Assembly: GCA_002293825.1 (NCBI GenBank)
Contig: DBDW01000008.1
Location: 9,430-73,429 of the forward strand
DNA: 64,000 nt
Origin: Candidatus Magasanikbacteria bacterium UBA922
GTDB taxonomy: Bacteria > Patescibacteriota > Patescibacteriia > Magasanikbacterales > UBA922
Reading direction: 5' to 3'
Shown: positions 55,807 through 64,000 of the stretch, piece by piece
Numbering within the stretch: the first letter of the stretch is position 1
Layout of the letters: each line of letters begins with the position of its first letter
Made by a program: the position numbers and the translations under genes
The notes under the pieces: generated by a model
The model's input: the letters and a program-made list of their open reading frames with translations, nothing else
What the model was told of the DNA's origin: nothing
The model's database searches: none

Positions 55807-57804
55807 TTATTCTACGACTGCTTTGATACGGCGAACCCCTGCACTTACCGCTTCTTCTTTTACAATTTTGAATTTTCCGATCACTCCCGTGTGTTCCACA
55901 TGTGGTCCTCCACAGAGTTCTCTACTAAACGTCGGAGCTTTCGGATCTGCGACTGGCAACTCTTTTGGATCACCCACACTGTACACTTTTACCATATCTT
56001 CGTATTTGTCTCCAAATAGCCCCATTGCCCCGCGTTTTCTCGCTTCTTCGAGAGGTAATATCTCGAATCCTACAGGATAATCTCGCTCAATTGCTGCATT
56101 TACCAATTCTTCAACGGCTGCAATCTGCTCGGGTGTCATTTTTTCTCCATGCGCAAAATCAAATCTCAAACGCTCGGGCGTGATATTACTTCCTTTTTGT
56201 ACCGCATGAGGACCTAACACCTTTTGTACTGCAGCATGGAGTAAATGTGTAGCGGTATGATATTTCAGACTCATCTCACTATGATCCGCGAGCCCACCTT
56301 TGAATTTCTGCTCAGATGCTTGACGAGAAAGTTCTTGATGTCTATTTTTTTCATTCTCAAACCCTTGTAAATCAACTTTTAACGCCCTCTCATTTGCAAG
56401 TTCTAGAGTTAATTCAATTGGAAAACCATATGATTGCACCAAATCAAAAGCTTGAACACCATCAATCACATTATCATCAAGTGCATTTTTATCTTTTATA
56501 ATACTTTCAAATTTTTTAAGACCTTGTTCTAAGGTATTTCTAAATTTCTTCTCCTCTTTTTCCAATTCATTCAAAATATCAATTCGTTTTTCATTTAAAT
56601 TAGCGTAAGCGCTGGAATAATAATTAATAAAACAATCAGCAACAAATGAAGTAAAGTTCTCTTTTATTCTAAGCTTTAAACCAAATCTCACTGCTCTTCT
56701 AATAAGCCTTCTAACAAAATATCCTTGATCTTTATTCCCAGGTAACACCCCATCACTAATCAAAAATGTTGCAGCACGAATATGATCAAGAATTACTCTA
56801 AACGCATAGGTAATTTCTTTTTGACTGATAGGATAAGTTCCATCTTGGATTTTTTCTGTCTCAAGTTTATTTCCAGAACTAAAAACATATTCAGCGGTGA
56901 AAGGTTCACTTTGATATCTAAGTTTTGTTTTTTCTTCAAGCAAAAATATTGCATCCTCAAATACATCAATCCTAAACACATCAGGATTTCCATTCAGTGC
57001 CGCTGCAATACGTTCGAGCCCTCCGCCAAAATCCACATTCTGCTGCTGTAATTTTTCAAAACCATTCTCAGTCTTCTGATATTCCATGAATACATTGTTT
57101 CCAATTTCCATGAATCGACCACAGTCGCAATTCACATGACACGGACTATCTTTCCATTCTGATGTTTCGTGCAATCCGAGCTCTACTCCAAAATCCCAAA
57201 ACATTTCAGTGTCTGGGCCACCAGGCTCTCCGACTGGCATGTTGCCAGGCACCCCACTTCTGCTCCACCAATTTTTCTTTTCTGAATAATAAAAAATTCG
57301 CTCACCTGGTTTCATCCCATCTTTTTCTGGATCTTCCCCGATACCCGCATCGATATTTTTTTCTTTATAAAGTTTCTGCCACAATTCTGCAGCTTCGGTA
57401 TCACGAGGAATACCAAGCTCTTCATTTCCTTTGAAACACGTGAAATACAACCGATTCGGATCGAGACCGACTTCTGTGGTCAAAAATTCCCACATCCAGG
57501 GAATCTGCTCTTGCTTAAAATAATCACCCAAGGACCAGTTACCAAGCATTTCAAAAAAGGTAGTGTGGCGATTATCACCCACTTCTTCGATATCTTGTGA
57601 TCGAAAACATTTTTGCGAATCAGTAATTCTGGTTCCCTGAGGATGCTTCTGTCCGAGTAAATATGGAACCATCGGTTGCATTCCTGAGCCAGTAAACAGA
57701 GTAGTAGGATCATTCTCCGGAATAAGCGAAGAAGATGGGATTACCACGTGTCCCTTCTGTGCAAAAAATTCGAGATATTTTTTTCTAAGTTCTGATGTAG
57801 ACAT
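55807..57804 (-). CDS. alaS: Alanine--tRNA ligase (short form lacking the C-Ala domain)
   Basis: DPTTLFT.SGMQP, RH.TFFEMLGNWS.GDYFK, D.G.GLER, DH.RA, HTATHLL, ELCGGPHV; ends GVRRIKAVVE. Confidence 0.95.
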   Translation of the reverse strand: MSTSELRKKYLEFFAQKGHVVIPSSSLIPENDPTTLFTGSGMQPMVPYLLGQKHPQGTRITDSQKCFRSQDIEEVGDNRHTTFFEMLGNWSLGDYFKQEQIPWMWEFLTTEVGLDPNRLYFTCFKGNEELGIPRDTEAAELWQKLYKEKNIDAGIGEDPEKDGMKPGERIFYYSEKKNWWSRSGVPGNMPVGEPGGPDTEMFWDFGVELGLHETSEWKDSPCHVNCDCGRFMEIGNNVFMEYQKTENGFEKLQQQNVDFGGGLERIAAALNGNPDVFRIDVFEDAIFLLEEKTKLRYQSEPFTAEYVFSSGNKLETEKIQDGTYPISQKEITYAFRVILDHIRAATFLISDGVLPGNKDQGYFVRRLIRRAVRFGLKLRIKENFTSFVADCFINYYSSAYANLNEKRIDILNELEKEEKKFRNTLEQGLKKFESIIKDKNALDDNVIDGVQAFDLVQSYGFPIELTLELANERALKVDLQGFENEKNRHQELSRQASEQKFKGGLADHSEMSLKYHTATHLLHAAVQKVLGPHAVQKGSNITPERLRFDFAHGEKMTPEQIAAVEELVNAAIERDYPVGFEILPLEEARKRGAMGLFGDKYEDMVKVYSVGDPKELPVADPKAPTFSRELCGGPHVEHTGVIGKFKIVKEEAVSAGVRRIKAVVE

Positions 57805-57833
57805 ACCTGTGCAATCGTACACGAAATTCACGA

Positions 57834-57935
57834 TTAACGCAAGTATTTGAGGGCAACAAAAAGAAGAATTCCTACCAAAATGAGGTACGGCCAGGTAGCT
57901 GCGAAAAAGTCCCAGATTCCGATGATACCATCCAT
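57834..57935 (-). CDS. 33-aa single-TM microprotein upstream of alaS (not in the ORF track)
   Basis: MDGIIGIWDFFAATWPYLILVGILLFVALKYLR*; AT-rich leader like core genes. Confidence 0.5.
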   Translation of the reverse strand: MDGIIGIWDFFAATWPYLILVGILLFVALKYLR

Positions 57936-58220
57936 AGATTAAGGGTATTAAAATTTGAAGTAATTGGGGTTTTTAGCCCTAATATATCGGGCTTTTAGAG
58001 TATACCACACTTTCTAAAGAAGAATACAGGCTCTATTGAAAAACCCGTTCTGATATGCAGCATTAGAACACTCAACACAACTAGCTGCAAAAGGGTTGGT
58101 AGAATGTCTAAATTCTCATTCTCAAAAAGAAATAGAGAGCTTCGAACACTCGTTTGAGCGGACACTGTCCCGTGTTTGTCCCCCGACGTATGTCGAGGTC
58201 TCGATGAACACGAGCAGCAC

Positions 58221-58249
58221 AAACACATTCACCTATACAGGTGTTTTTT
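58221..58249. repeat. Direct repeat copy 1 (29 bp, terminator-like)
   Basis: aaacacattcacctatacaggtgtttttt, repeated at 58635-58663. Confidence 0.85.
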
Positions 58250-58359
58250 ATTATGTAAAAAACACCATACAATTGACAAAATTATAAAAACATGGTATTT
58301 TGATTTGTCCTTTTGGACCACCCATCTTTGATGTAAGTGCACTCGAACAGGAGTCTGAC

Positions 58360-58563
58360 ATGGTAGAAAAAATCGTCACCTTCCCCAAGGAAGGTACTGA
58401 GCAAGAAATCCGAAACATGCACAGTCAAGAAGCCAACCTGGCAATCGTTGCCCAGGCAAATGACTGGCTTACCCAGAAGGCCGACAGCATCGACGTTCTC
58501 CATCGGTCAGTCCACACGAGTGGAGGCCTACTGGTCATCACGGTCTGGTATAACGATCGGTGA
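58360..58563 (+). CDS. Small orphan protein (67 aa) between direct repeats
   Basis: SD AGGAG; promoter TTGACA-17-TATTTT at 58273-58301; AN.WL...I.V....S....ITVWY pattern loosely like Cse60-type proteins. Confidence 0.55.
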   Translation: MVEKIVTFPKEGTEQEIRNMHSQEANLAIVAQANDWLTQKADSIDVLHRSVHTSGGLLVITVWYNDR

Positions 58564-58634
58564 TCAGATAACGGACACCACAACTGATTCCCGTTTTTGC
58601 AACCCTCCTCGGGCAAGTAAATACGGGAATCAGT

Positions 58635-58663
58635 AAACACATTCACCTATACAGGTGTTTTTT
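58635..58663. repeat. Direct repeat copy 2
   Basis: Identical to 58221-58249. Confidence 0.85.
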
Positions 58664-58668
58664 TATTT

Positions 58669-59757
58669 TTACGCAATAACTCCCCCACCGAGACATTCAC
58701 CATCTTTATAAAGTACCGCAAACTGACCCGGACTAATCGCTCGTTGAGGATTTTCACAAATGATAGTGATATTTCGAGGATCAGACACCTGTATCGTGCA
58801 TGTTTCAAGTTTCTGACGATGACGAAAACGTACCAGACAATCAAATGAAGATTTCAATGGTCGACCAGCAATCCAATTCATTTCACAAATTTCTATTCTT
58901 GTAGTAAAAAGCATCGGATCGGTATCATATCCTACGACAAGCTCATTCTTCTCCACATCTTTACCCACCACATAGAGCGGACGTTTTCCTCCTGTCTGTT
59001 CAAAACCATGGCGCTGACCAATCGTGTAAAATGGCAATCCTTCATGCTCGCCAATTTTTTCCCCTTTTGAATTTTTTACCATACCCCTTCTTCCTCTAAT
59101 ACGTTTTTCCAAAAAACTTTTTATCGGTACTTCACCAATAAAACAGATTCCCATACTTTCTTCCTTATTGGCAGTAGGTAGGTCAAATTTTTTTGCAAGT
59201 TTTCTCACTTCAGATTTTGTATATTTTCCAATTGGAAACATTGCATGAGAAAGTTGTTCTTGATTGAGTTGGTGCAAAAAATAAGTCTGATCTTTGTCAG
59301 TATCAACTGATTCAAGCAAACGATAGAGGCCTCTTTTTTTCTCTACCTGTGCATAGTGTCCTGTCGCGAGAATGTCAAATCCTTTCTGTTTTGCGACCTC
59401 AAGCCAGGCACCATATTTAATAAGACTATTGCACAAGATATCAGGATTTGGTGTGCGTCCTGCTTCGTATTCTCGATATACATATTCCAATACTTTTTCC
59501 TGATACTCTTTTCTAAAATCTAATTGTAATAGCGGAATATCTAAACGTGCTGCCACCCGAAGTGCATCACGATATTCTGGAATCCAGCACGATTCACCAT
59601 CAGTCGTGATTGCTTCATCTGCAGTATCATAATTGATCATGAACGCACCTGTAACGTCATATCCCTGACGTACCAAAAGAGCGGCAGCAACTGATGAGTC
59701 GACACCGCCGGACATAGTCATGAGAATTTTGGATTTTGTTGTATTTCTAAACCACAT
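58669..59757 (-). CDS. mnmA: tRNA 2-thiouridine(34) synthase
   Basis: MSGGVDSSV, TPNPDILCN, ATGHYA, KDQTYFL, GICFIG, YTIGQR, PGQ.AV.Y. Confidence 0.95.
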   Translation of the reverse strand: MWFRNTTKSKILMTMSGGVDSSVAAALLVRQGYDVTGAFMINYDTADEAITTDGESCWIPEYRDALRVAARLDIPLLQLDFRKEYQEKVLEYVYREYEAGRTPNPDILCNSLIKYGAWLEVAKQKGFDILATGHYAQVEKKRGLYRLLESVDTDKDQTYFLHQLNQEQLSHAMFPIGKYTKSEVRKLAKKFDLPTANKEESMGICFIGEVPIKSFLEKRIRGRRGMVKNSKGEKIGEHEGLPFYTIGQRHGFEQTGGKRPLYVVGKDVEKNELVVGYDTDPMLFTTRIEICEMNWIAGRPLKSSFDCLVRFRHRQKLETCTIQVSDPRNITIICENPQRAISPGQFAVLYKDGECLGGGVIA

Positions 59758-59758
59758 A

Positions 59759-60205
59759 TTATAATCGTGCAGAACCTCCCATATTTTGTCCCTCTCCCCT
59801 CTGTCGTTCCATTTCACGTTCATGCTCCTCCCTTCGCATCTCGGTTACCAATTCTACAGCCCAATCTCCAATAACCTCTCTTTGGTGAAATTGTTCTACT
59901 GGACCCACAAACAATCCTCCTTCTGGAATTTCATCCGTTCCATACTCCTTGAATAAGTATCGATTGGCAATTGTAAGATCTGAAATAAGTGCATTATGTT
60001 TAATCGTTCGAAGCTTATCAGCATTTGCAAACTTATCTTGAAAATCATACGATCCTTGATGAATTGCGAGTATCCTTTCTGTACGCTCAATCTGACGAAT
60101 ATAATCAGTCGCTTTGACAAGGACATTTTCAATTAATTTTAATGCTTGAGGATCTGAAGTCACTTTGTCCTTTATTTCACGTATACGATCCGTATATTTA
60201 CCCAT
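59759..60205 (-). CDS. DUF3232-like helical protein
   Basis: D..R...HNALIS.L.I.NRY and R..I.DWA.EL pattern (recollection of the family). Confidence 0.6.
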   Translation of the reverse strand: MGKYTDRIREIKDKVTSDPQALKLIENVLVKATDYIRQIERTERILAIHQGSYDFQDKFANADKLRTIKHNALISDLTIANRYLFKEYGTDEIPEGGLFVGPVEQFHQREVIGDWAVELVTEMRREEHEREMERQRGEGQNMGGSARL

Positions 60206-60267
60206 ATTCTTGACTTATTAGTAAAAATGTGTAACAATAGGCCGTTCCCCGAAAAGGAGAAGGGAAC

Positions 60268-60582
60268 ATGAAGACTTTGCTAGAAGCCTATCAAAAAGCA
60301 GTCCTTCACGCCAGAGACAAAGATACACTGTTCACGCTCCTCGAACAATTCGAGGATGCAATAGCAGCGATTCTTACACATCTGGACGCGAGGGGTTCTG
60401 CCCATCTTGTCAACAAGGAGGTGAACAATGTGACAGAACTTTCTCACTCTGTCACAGAAGCAAAAAAACTACTTGCAAAACTTCCGATCGAGGGACTTGT
60501 CCTCGATTTTGTCTCCGATGAGGAGATGGTGAGTTTTGCAATCGAACTGGGATATACTCGCACTTTGTCACGTGCGAGATAA
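60268..60582 (+). CDS. Orphan hypothetical protein (104 aa)
   Basis: SD AAGGAG; upstream TTGACT promoter; 3' hairpin at 60586-60615. Confidence 0.55.
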   Translation: MKTLLEAYQKAVLHARDKDTLFTLLEQFEDAIAAILTHLDARGSAHLVNKEVNNVTELSHSVTEAKKLLAKLPIEGLVLDFVSDEEMVSFAIELGYTRTLSRAR

Positions 60583-60635
60583 TAAACTCGTGGTCTACTC
60601 TATGTGGCCACGAGTCTTTCTTTTTATATAAAACT

Positions 60636-61085
60636 TTATTTTTTCTTCAGACCTGCATCACCAAACGTATACGTCCGATCGTATTCAAATCCTGCATAGG
60701 CAGTCGTACCGAGTACCACCACGGTGAGTGCATAAAACTTCCAATCACGAATCATTTCGTACAGCAACGAGACAACTTCGTCTAGTGAAAGTCCCAAAAA
60801 AAGCATTCCGATATCAAATACATAAAACACTACCAAGGTGTATATCCCCAAAAATACTCCTCGACTAAACGAAGGTTGAAATTTTCTGAAGTACCATTTT
60901 GAGAGCATTAAAATCAACGGAATCGTGAGTACTAAATATATAACGTGCACAAACACAGGAATCTGATCAGGTGCGGTGCCAATTGTTACCCCACACGCAA
61001 AAAGTACTGTAGCAAACAATATAAATGTAGCGATATACAGGATGACCGCAAACGCAAATGCTCTCAAAACATTTACAGATTTCAT
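60636..61085 (-). CDS. Four-TM membrane protein
   Basis: Hydrophobic ORF following the ATPase gene. Confidence 0.65.
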   Translation of the reverse strand: MKSVNVLRAFAFAVILYIATFILFATVLFACGVTIGTAPDQIPVFVHVIYLVLTIPLILMLSKWYFRKFQPSFSRGVFLGIYTLVVFYVFDIGMLFLGLSLDEVVSLLYEMIRDWKFYALTVVVLGTTAYAGFEYDRTYTFGDAGLKKK

Positions 61086-61101
61086 ATACAAGTATTAAAA
61101 A

Positions 61102-63087
61102 TTACGTAAGATCGTCAAAAGAAATTTCCTCATCTTCAAGTAAATCTTTTGGTGCTCGATCAATTGAAGGCGGAACACTCTTCGTCGACGGTGGAGTCAC
61201 TATCGGCGCATCGTTTGTTTTTTCTGCAACAACGGGAGGTGTCTGTGTTTGTGTCTGGAGATCTGCAAACGCAGTCGCAAACGGACGGTGCGATTGTGAT
61301 CCCGCTGGTTGAGCAGGTGTGTGAGAAATCACTCCTTCCCCACCCCCATTTCTCTTCTTGCGTTTTCGTCTACGTTTGCGCTTTCCTTCACCTGGCAATG
61401 ATAATTCAGACGTCCCCGCAGGCACACTCTGACTCACGACGTGCGGTACGCTAGAACGTGGAGATGTACTCGTATTCATCCGCGGTTGCTCAGCACGCTG
61501 GTCTTGATTCCGCGATGTCACCGCTGGTTCTCCCGCAGGCATTGTTTTTTCGACGACACGCTGAGCTGATTCAGCAACATTTTTTTGATGTTGCTCAAAC
61601 CGTTTCTGATTTTGTGATTTTGGTTCATCATTCTTTTTCTTCTGATCAAACACCACTCTACGATCTTCTTTTCTCACAGGAGCATTATTCATCTGCGTAC
61701 GCTGAGTAGTATTTTGAACTGGTGCAGATGATGTACTACGTACCCCTTCAATTCCCTGATCTTCCTCATCATTCGTAGATTGGCTCCATCGTGAAATTTT
61801 TTCCTCGACAACCTCTTTCTTTCGTCCATATCGTTCTTGTGACACACGCACCACTTTTTCCGATGATTTGGTAGAGCTTGCGAGTGGTGGTAGTGTCGCA
61901 GCGCTAAACGGCTGTGACGCAACACCGTCGATCATGAGTTTCAAAATAATCTGATATTTTGTCAGATTTACAATATCTTCTTCGGTAAATGTAGGAGTAA
62001 ATTCTTTGACAAGCATTTCAGCATCAGCACCACCAACACGGAAGGTGACAATCGTTCCTACGTTTCCAAATACTGCATTTGCAACCACTTCATCCAACTG
62101 TGCAACATATTGATGAGCCATAATCAGACTCAGCCGATATTTTCGAGCCTCAGACAAAATATTTGCAAATGACGGAGTTGCAAAATTCTGAAACTCATCA
62201 ACATAGAGGAAGAAATCTTTTCGATCGTTTTCTGGCGTATCGACACGTTCCATTGCAGCAAGTTGTAATTTGGTAATCAACATTCCCCCAAGCAATCGAC
62301 TATTATCTTCCCCGATACGTCCTTTTGATAAATTCATGATAAAAATTTTTCTCGTATCCATTATCTCACGCACATTGATCGTAGATTTCACCTGCGCCAC
62401 CATGTTTCTGATAATTGAAGCCGACAAAAATTGTCCGATTTTATTCTGAATTGGGGCTACTGCTTCTTTTGCATAGCGATCATCATAATTTGCAAATTCA
62501 TCACGCCAAAAGGCTTTAATTACTGGATCTTTGAGGTGGCGCACGACACGCTTACGATATTCCTTATCTGAAAGCAGACGATTGACACCGAGCAAAGTGG
62601 ATCCTGGATAGTCTAGAAGTGCGAGAAGTGTATTATTCAATATATATTCCATACGCGAACTCCACACATCAGGCCAAATCTTCTTGAACGTTCCCATGAG
62701 TCCGGCTGCGACTAGATGTTTCTGCTCTTCAGTTTTTACTTCAAGAATATTAAATCCAATCGGATTTTCCACATCGGCAGGATTGAGATATACCACATCA
62801 TTCAGACGCCATGACGGAATATGATCAATAATCTTTTCTGCAAAATCTCCATGTGGATCGACGAGCCCCACTCCATGTCCTGCATAAATATCCGACAACA
62901 CCATGTTTTCCATGATAGTGGTTTTTCCCATTCCTGTCTTCCCGATCACGTACATGTGACGTCTACGGTCATCTGTTTTAATTCCAAAACGCCGTACCTG
63001 ATTACGGAAATTGGTCTGTGCAAAAACACAGATATCTTGGGAAACTTTTGGAGCCTGACCTTTACTCGTGAGCTGTGGACTGGGCAT
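61102..63087 (-). CDS. VirB4/VirD4(TraG)-like ATPase with a long disordered C-terminus
   Basis: DRRRHMYVIGKTGMGKT, VDPHGD, LYVDEFQNF, SEARKY, AHQY; C-terminal KRKRRRKRKKR. Confidence 0.88.
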   Translation of the reverse strand: MPSPQLTSKGQAPKVSQDICVFAQTNFRNQVRRFGIKTDDRRRHMYVIGKTGMGKTTIMENMVLSDIYAGHGVGLVDPHGDFAEKIIDHIPSWRLNDVVYLNPADVENPIGFNILEVKTEEQKHLVAAGLMGTFKKIWPDVWSSRMEYILNNTLLALLDYPGSTLLGVNRLLSDKEYRKRVVRHLKDPVIKAFWRDEFANYDDRYAKEAVAPIQNKIGQFLSASIIRNMVAQVKSTINVREIMDTRKIFIMNLSKGRIGEDNSRLLGGMLITKLQLAAMERVDTPENDRKDFFLYVDEFQNFATPSFANILSEARKYRLSLIMAHQYVAQLDEVVANAVFGNVGTIVTFRVGGADAEMLVKEFTPTFTEEDIVNLTKYQIILKLMIDGVASQPFSAATLPPLASSTKSSEKVVRVSQERYGRKKEVVEEKISRWSQSTNDEEDQGIEGVRSTSSAPVQNTTQRTQMNNAPVRKEDRRVVFDQKKKNDEPKSQNQKRFEQHQKNVAESAQRVVEKTMPAGEPAVTSRNQDQRAEQPRMNTSTSPRSSVPHVVSQSVPAGTSELSLPGEGKRKRRRKRKKRNGGGEGVISHTPAQPAGSQSHRPFATAFADLQTQTQTPPVVAEKTNDAPIVTPPSTKSVPPSIDRAPKDLLEDEEISFDDLT

Positions 63088-63176
63088 GGTAATAAATTAA
63101 TATATGTGGTGAAAACCGGTACTATCACCTCTTCTAGAATACTAGTATAGCATACTACACATACTCTCCTCTACAA

Positions 63177-63998
63177 CTAGGTACGTATATATTCAAAAAC
63201 TTTCAGTATTTCTTCTTTCTGCGCAACTTTAAGTGTCTCATGCATCCGTCGGGCAATCGAATGTCTACTCTGCTCATCTGCCAATAATTCACGTATTTTT
63301 TTTGCCACATATAAGCCATCAGCAGTGAGTTCATTTACCACAAGCGCGGCACCTTTGTCCTCCAATAAACGCACATTTTCCACCTGATGTCCTGGTTTTG
63401 GAATAATGATACAGGGTTTTTTCAGCGCAGCCCCTTCGGTAAGTGTCCCAAAACCTCCTCGACATACAATAACATCAGCTACCGCATATGCATCTTTCAT
63501 TTCAGCGTCCAAAAATTGATATAAATGGTAATGAGAAAACAATTCGCTCGCTCGAGTGACTATTTCTTGTGGACGTTCACGGCCAGAAAGATGGATCACT
63601 TCGGCATGTGTTTTGAGATGTGGTATTGCTTCGACAATTAATTGATTTACCTTCAAAGACCCTGTCCCACCGCCCAATGCAAGCACTACCGGCACGGTAC
63701 CGGTAAGCCCAAATATTTTTTGCGCACGCTTTTTATCTCCTTGTAAAATTTCACTACGCACAGGATTACCGAGCCACATCGTTTTTCGTTTTGGAAATTC
63801 TGATACCAATTCTTTGAGCGACGTGGTAATCACCCGCGCACCAGGAACCATAAGCTTGTTTGCAAACCCTACTTCTACATCCTGCTGATGTATCCACGTA
63901 GGTATTCCGAGTAGCCATGCTGCGAAATGGACTGGTACCGATACAAACCCTCCTGCTGAAATACAGACATCTGGATACTCTTTCCACAATATCCTCAG
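63177..63998 (-). CDS. murG: MurG-type GT28 glycosyltransferase, 5'-partial
   Basis: GGFVSVP, HQQD...G.AN, GNPVR, GGGTGS..VN, AD..VCRGG..TL.E, HQ..N. Confidence 0.88.
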   Translation of the reverse strand: MRILWKEYPDVCISAGGFVSVPVHFAAWLLGIPTWIHQQDVEVGFANKLMVPGARVITTSLKELVSEFPKRKTMWLGNPVRSEILQGDKKRAQKIFGLTGTVPVVLALGGGTGSLKVNQLIVEAIPHLKTHAEVIHLSGRERPQEIVTRASELFSHYHLYQFLDAEMKDAYAVADVIVCRGGFGTLTEGAALKKPCIIIPKPGHQVENVRLLEDKGAALVVNELTADGLYVAKKIRELLADEQSRHSIARRMHETLKVAQKEEILKVFEYIRT

Positions 63999-64000
63999 TG

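Noticed and set aside
1-64000. CRISPR array, prophage, integrase/transposase or integron attC sites
   Set aside because: No regularly spaced repeats and no recombinase or phage structural genes; the cassette hairpins lack RYYYAAC/GTTRRRY ends.
1-64000. Alternative genetic code (TGA=Gly as in Gracilibacteria/Absconditabacteria)
   Set aside because: Conserved genes are uninterrupted under code 11 and TGA terminates genes such as pyrD and the Kef-like antiporter.

Overview
Chromosomal segment of a Patescibacteria/CPR (Parcubacteria/ABY1-like) bacterium using genetic code 11. The lineage call is an inference from the stand-alone VirB4/VirD4-like ATPases, short AlaRS, short L13 and RpoA, SD-less core genes and tRNAs lacking an encoded CCA. 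Housekeeping content: dnaX, folD, dus, greA, ftsEX, gpsA, pyrD, the infA-rpmJ-rpsM-rpsK-rpsD-rpoA-rplQ-rplM-rpsI block, an MntR-regulated Mn/Zn ABC transporter, guaC, alaS, mnmA, murG and four tRNAs (Gln-CTG, Gln-TTG, Thr-CGT, Gly-CCC). Most notable signals: (1) a ~610-nt ORF-free, densely structured minus-strand transcript with its own sigma70 promoter and terminator next to tRNA-Thr, a candidate large ncRNA of unassigned family; (2) both tRNA-Gln genes are overlapped at their 5' ends by small GIY-YIG nuclease ORFs ending in ...HSGIV*, each preceded by a duplicated tRNA 5'-end remnant and a REP-like palindrome, suggesting a tRNA-Gln-targeting element; (3) two cobalamin-type riboswitches controlling transcobalamin-like (DUF4430) surface proteins and an S-component-like transporter, a candidate B12-scavenging system; (4) scattered GC-rich orphan mini-cassettes with promoter, strong SD and 3' hairpin in a genome whose core genes lack SD; (5) an RNA polymerase alpha subunit without its CTD. 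All calls were made by eye and no database searches were run.
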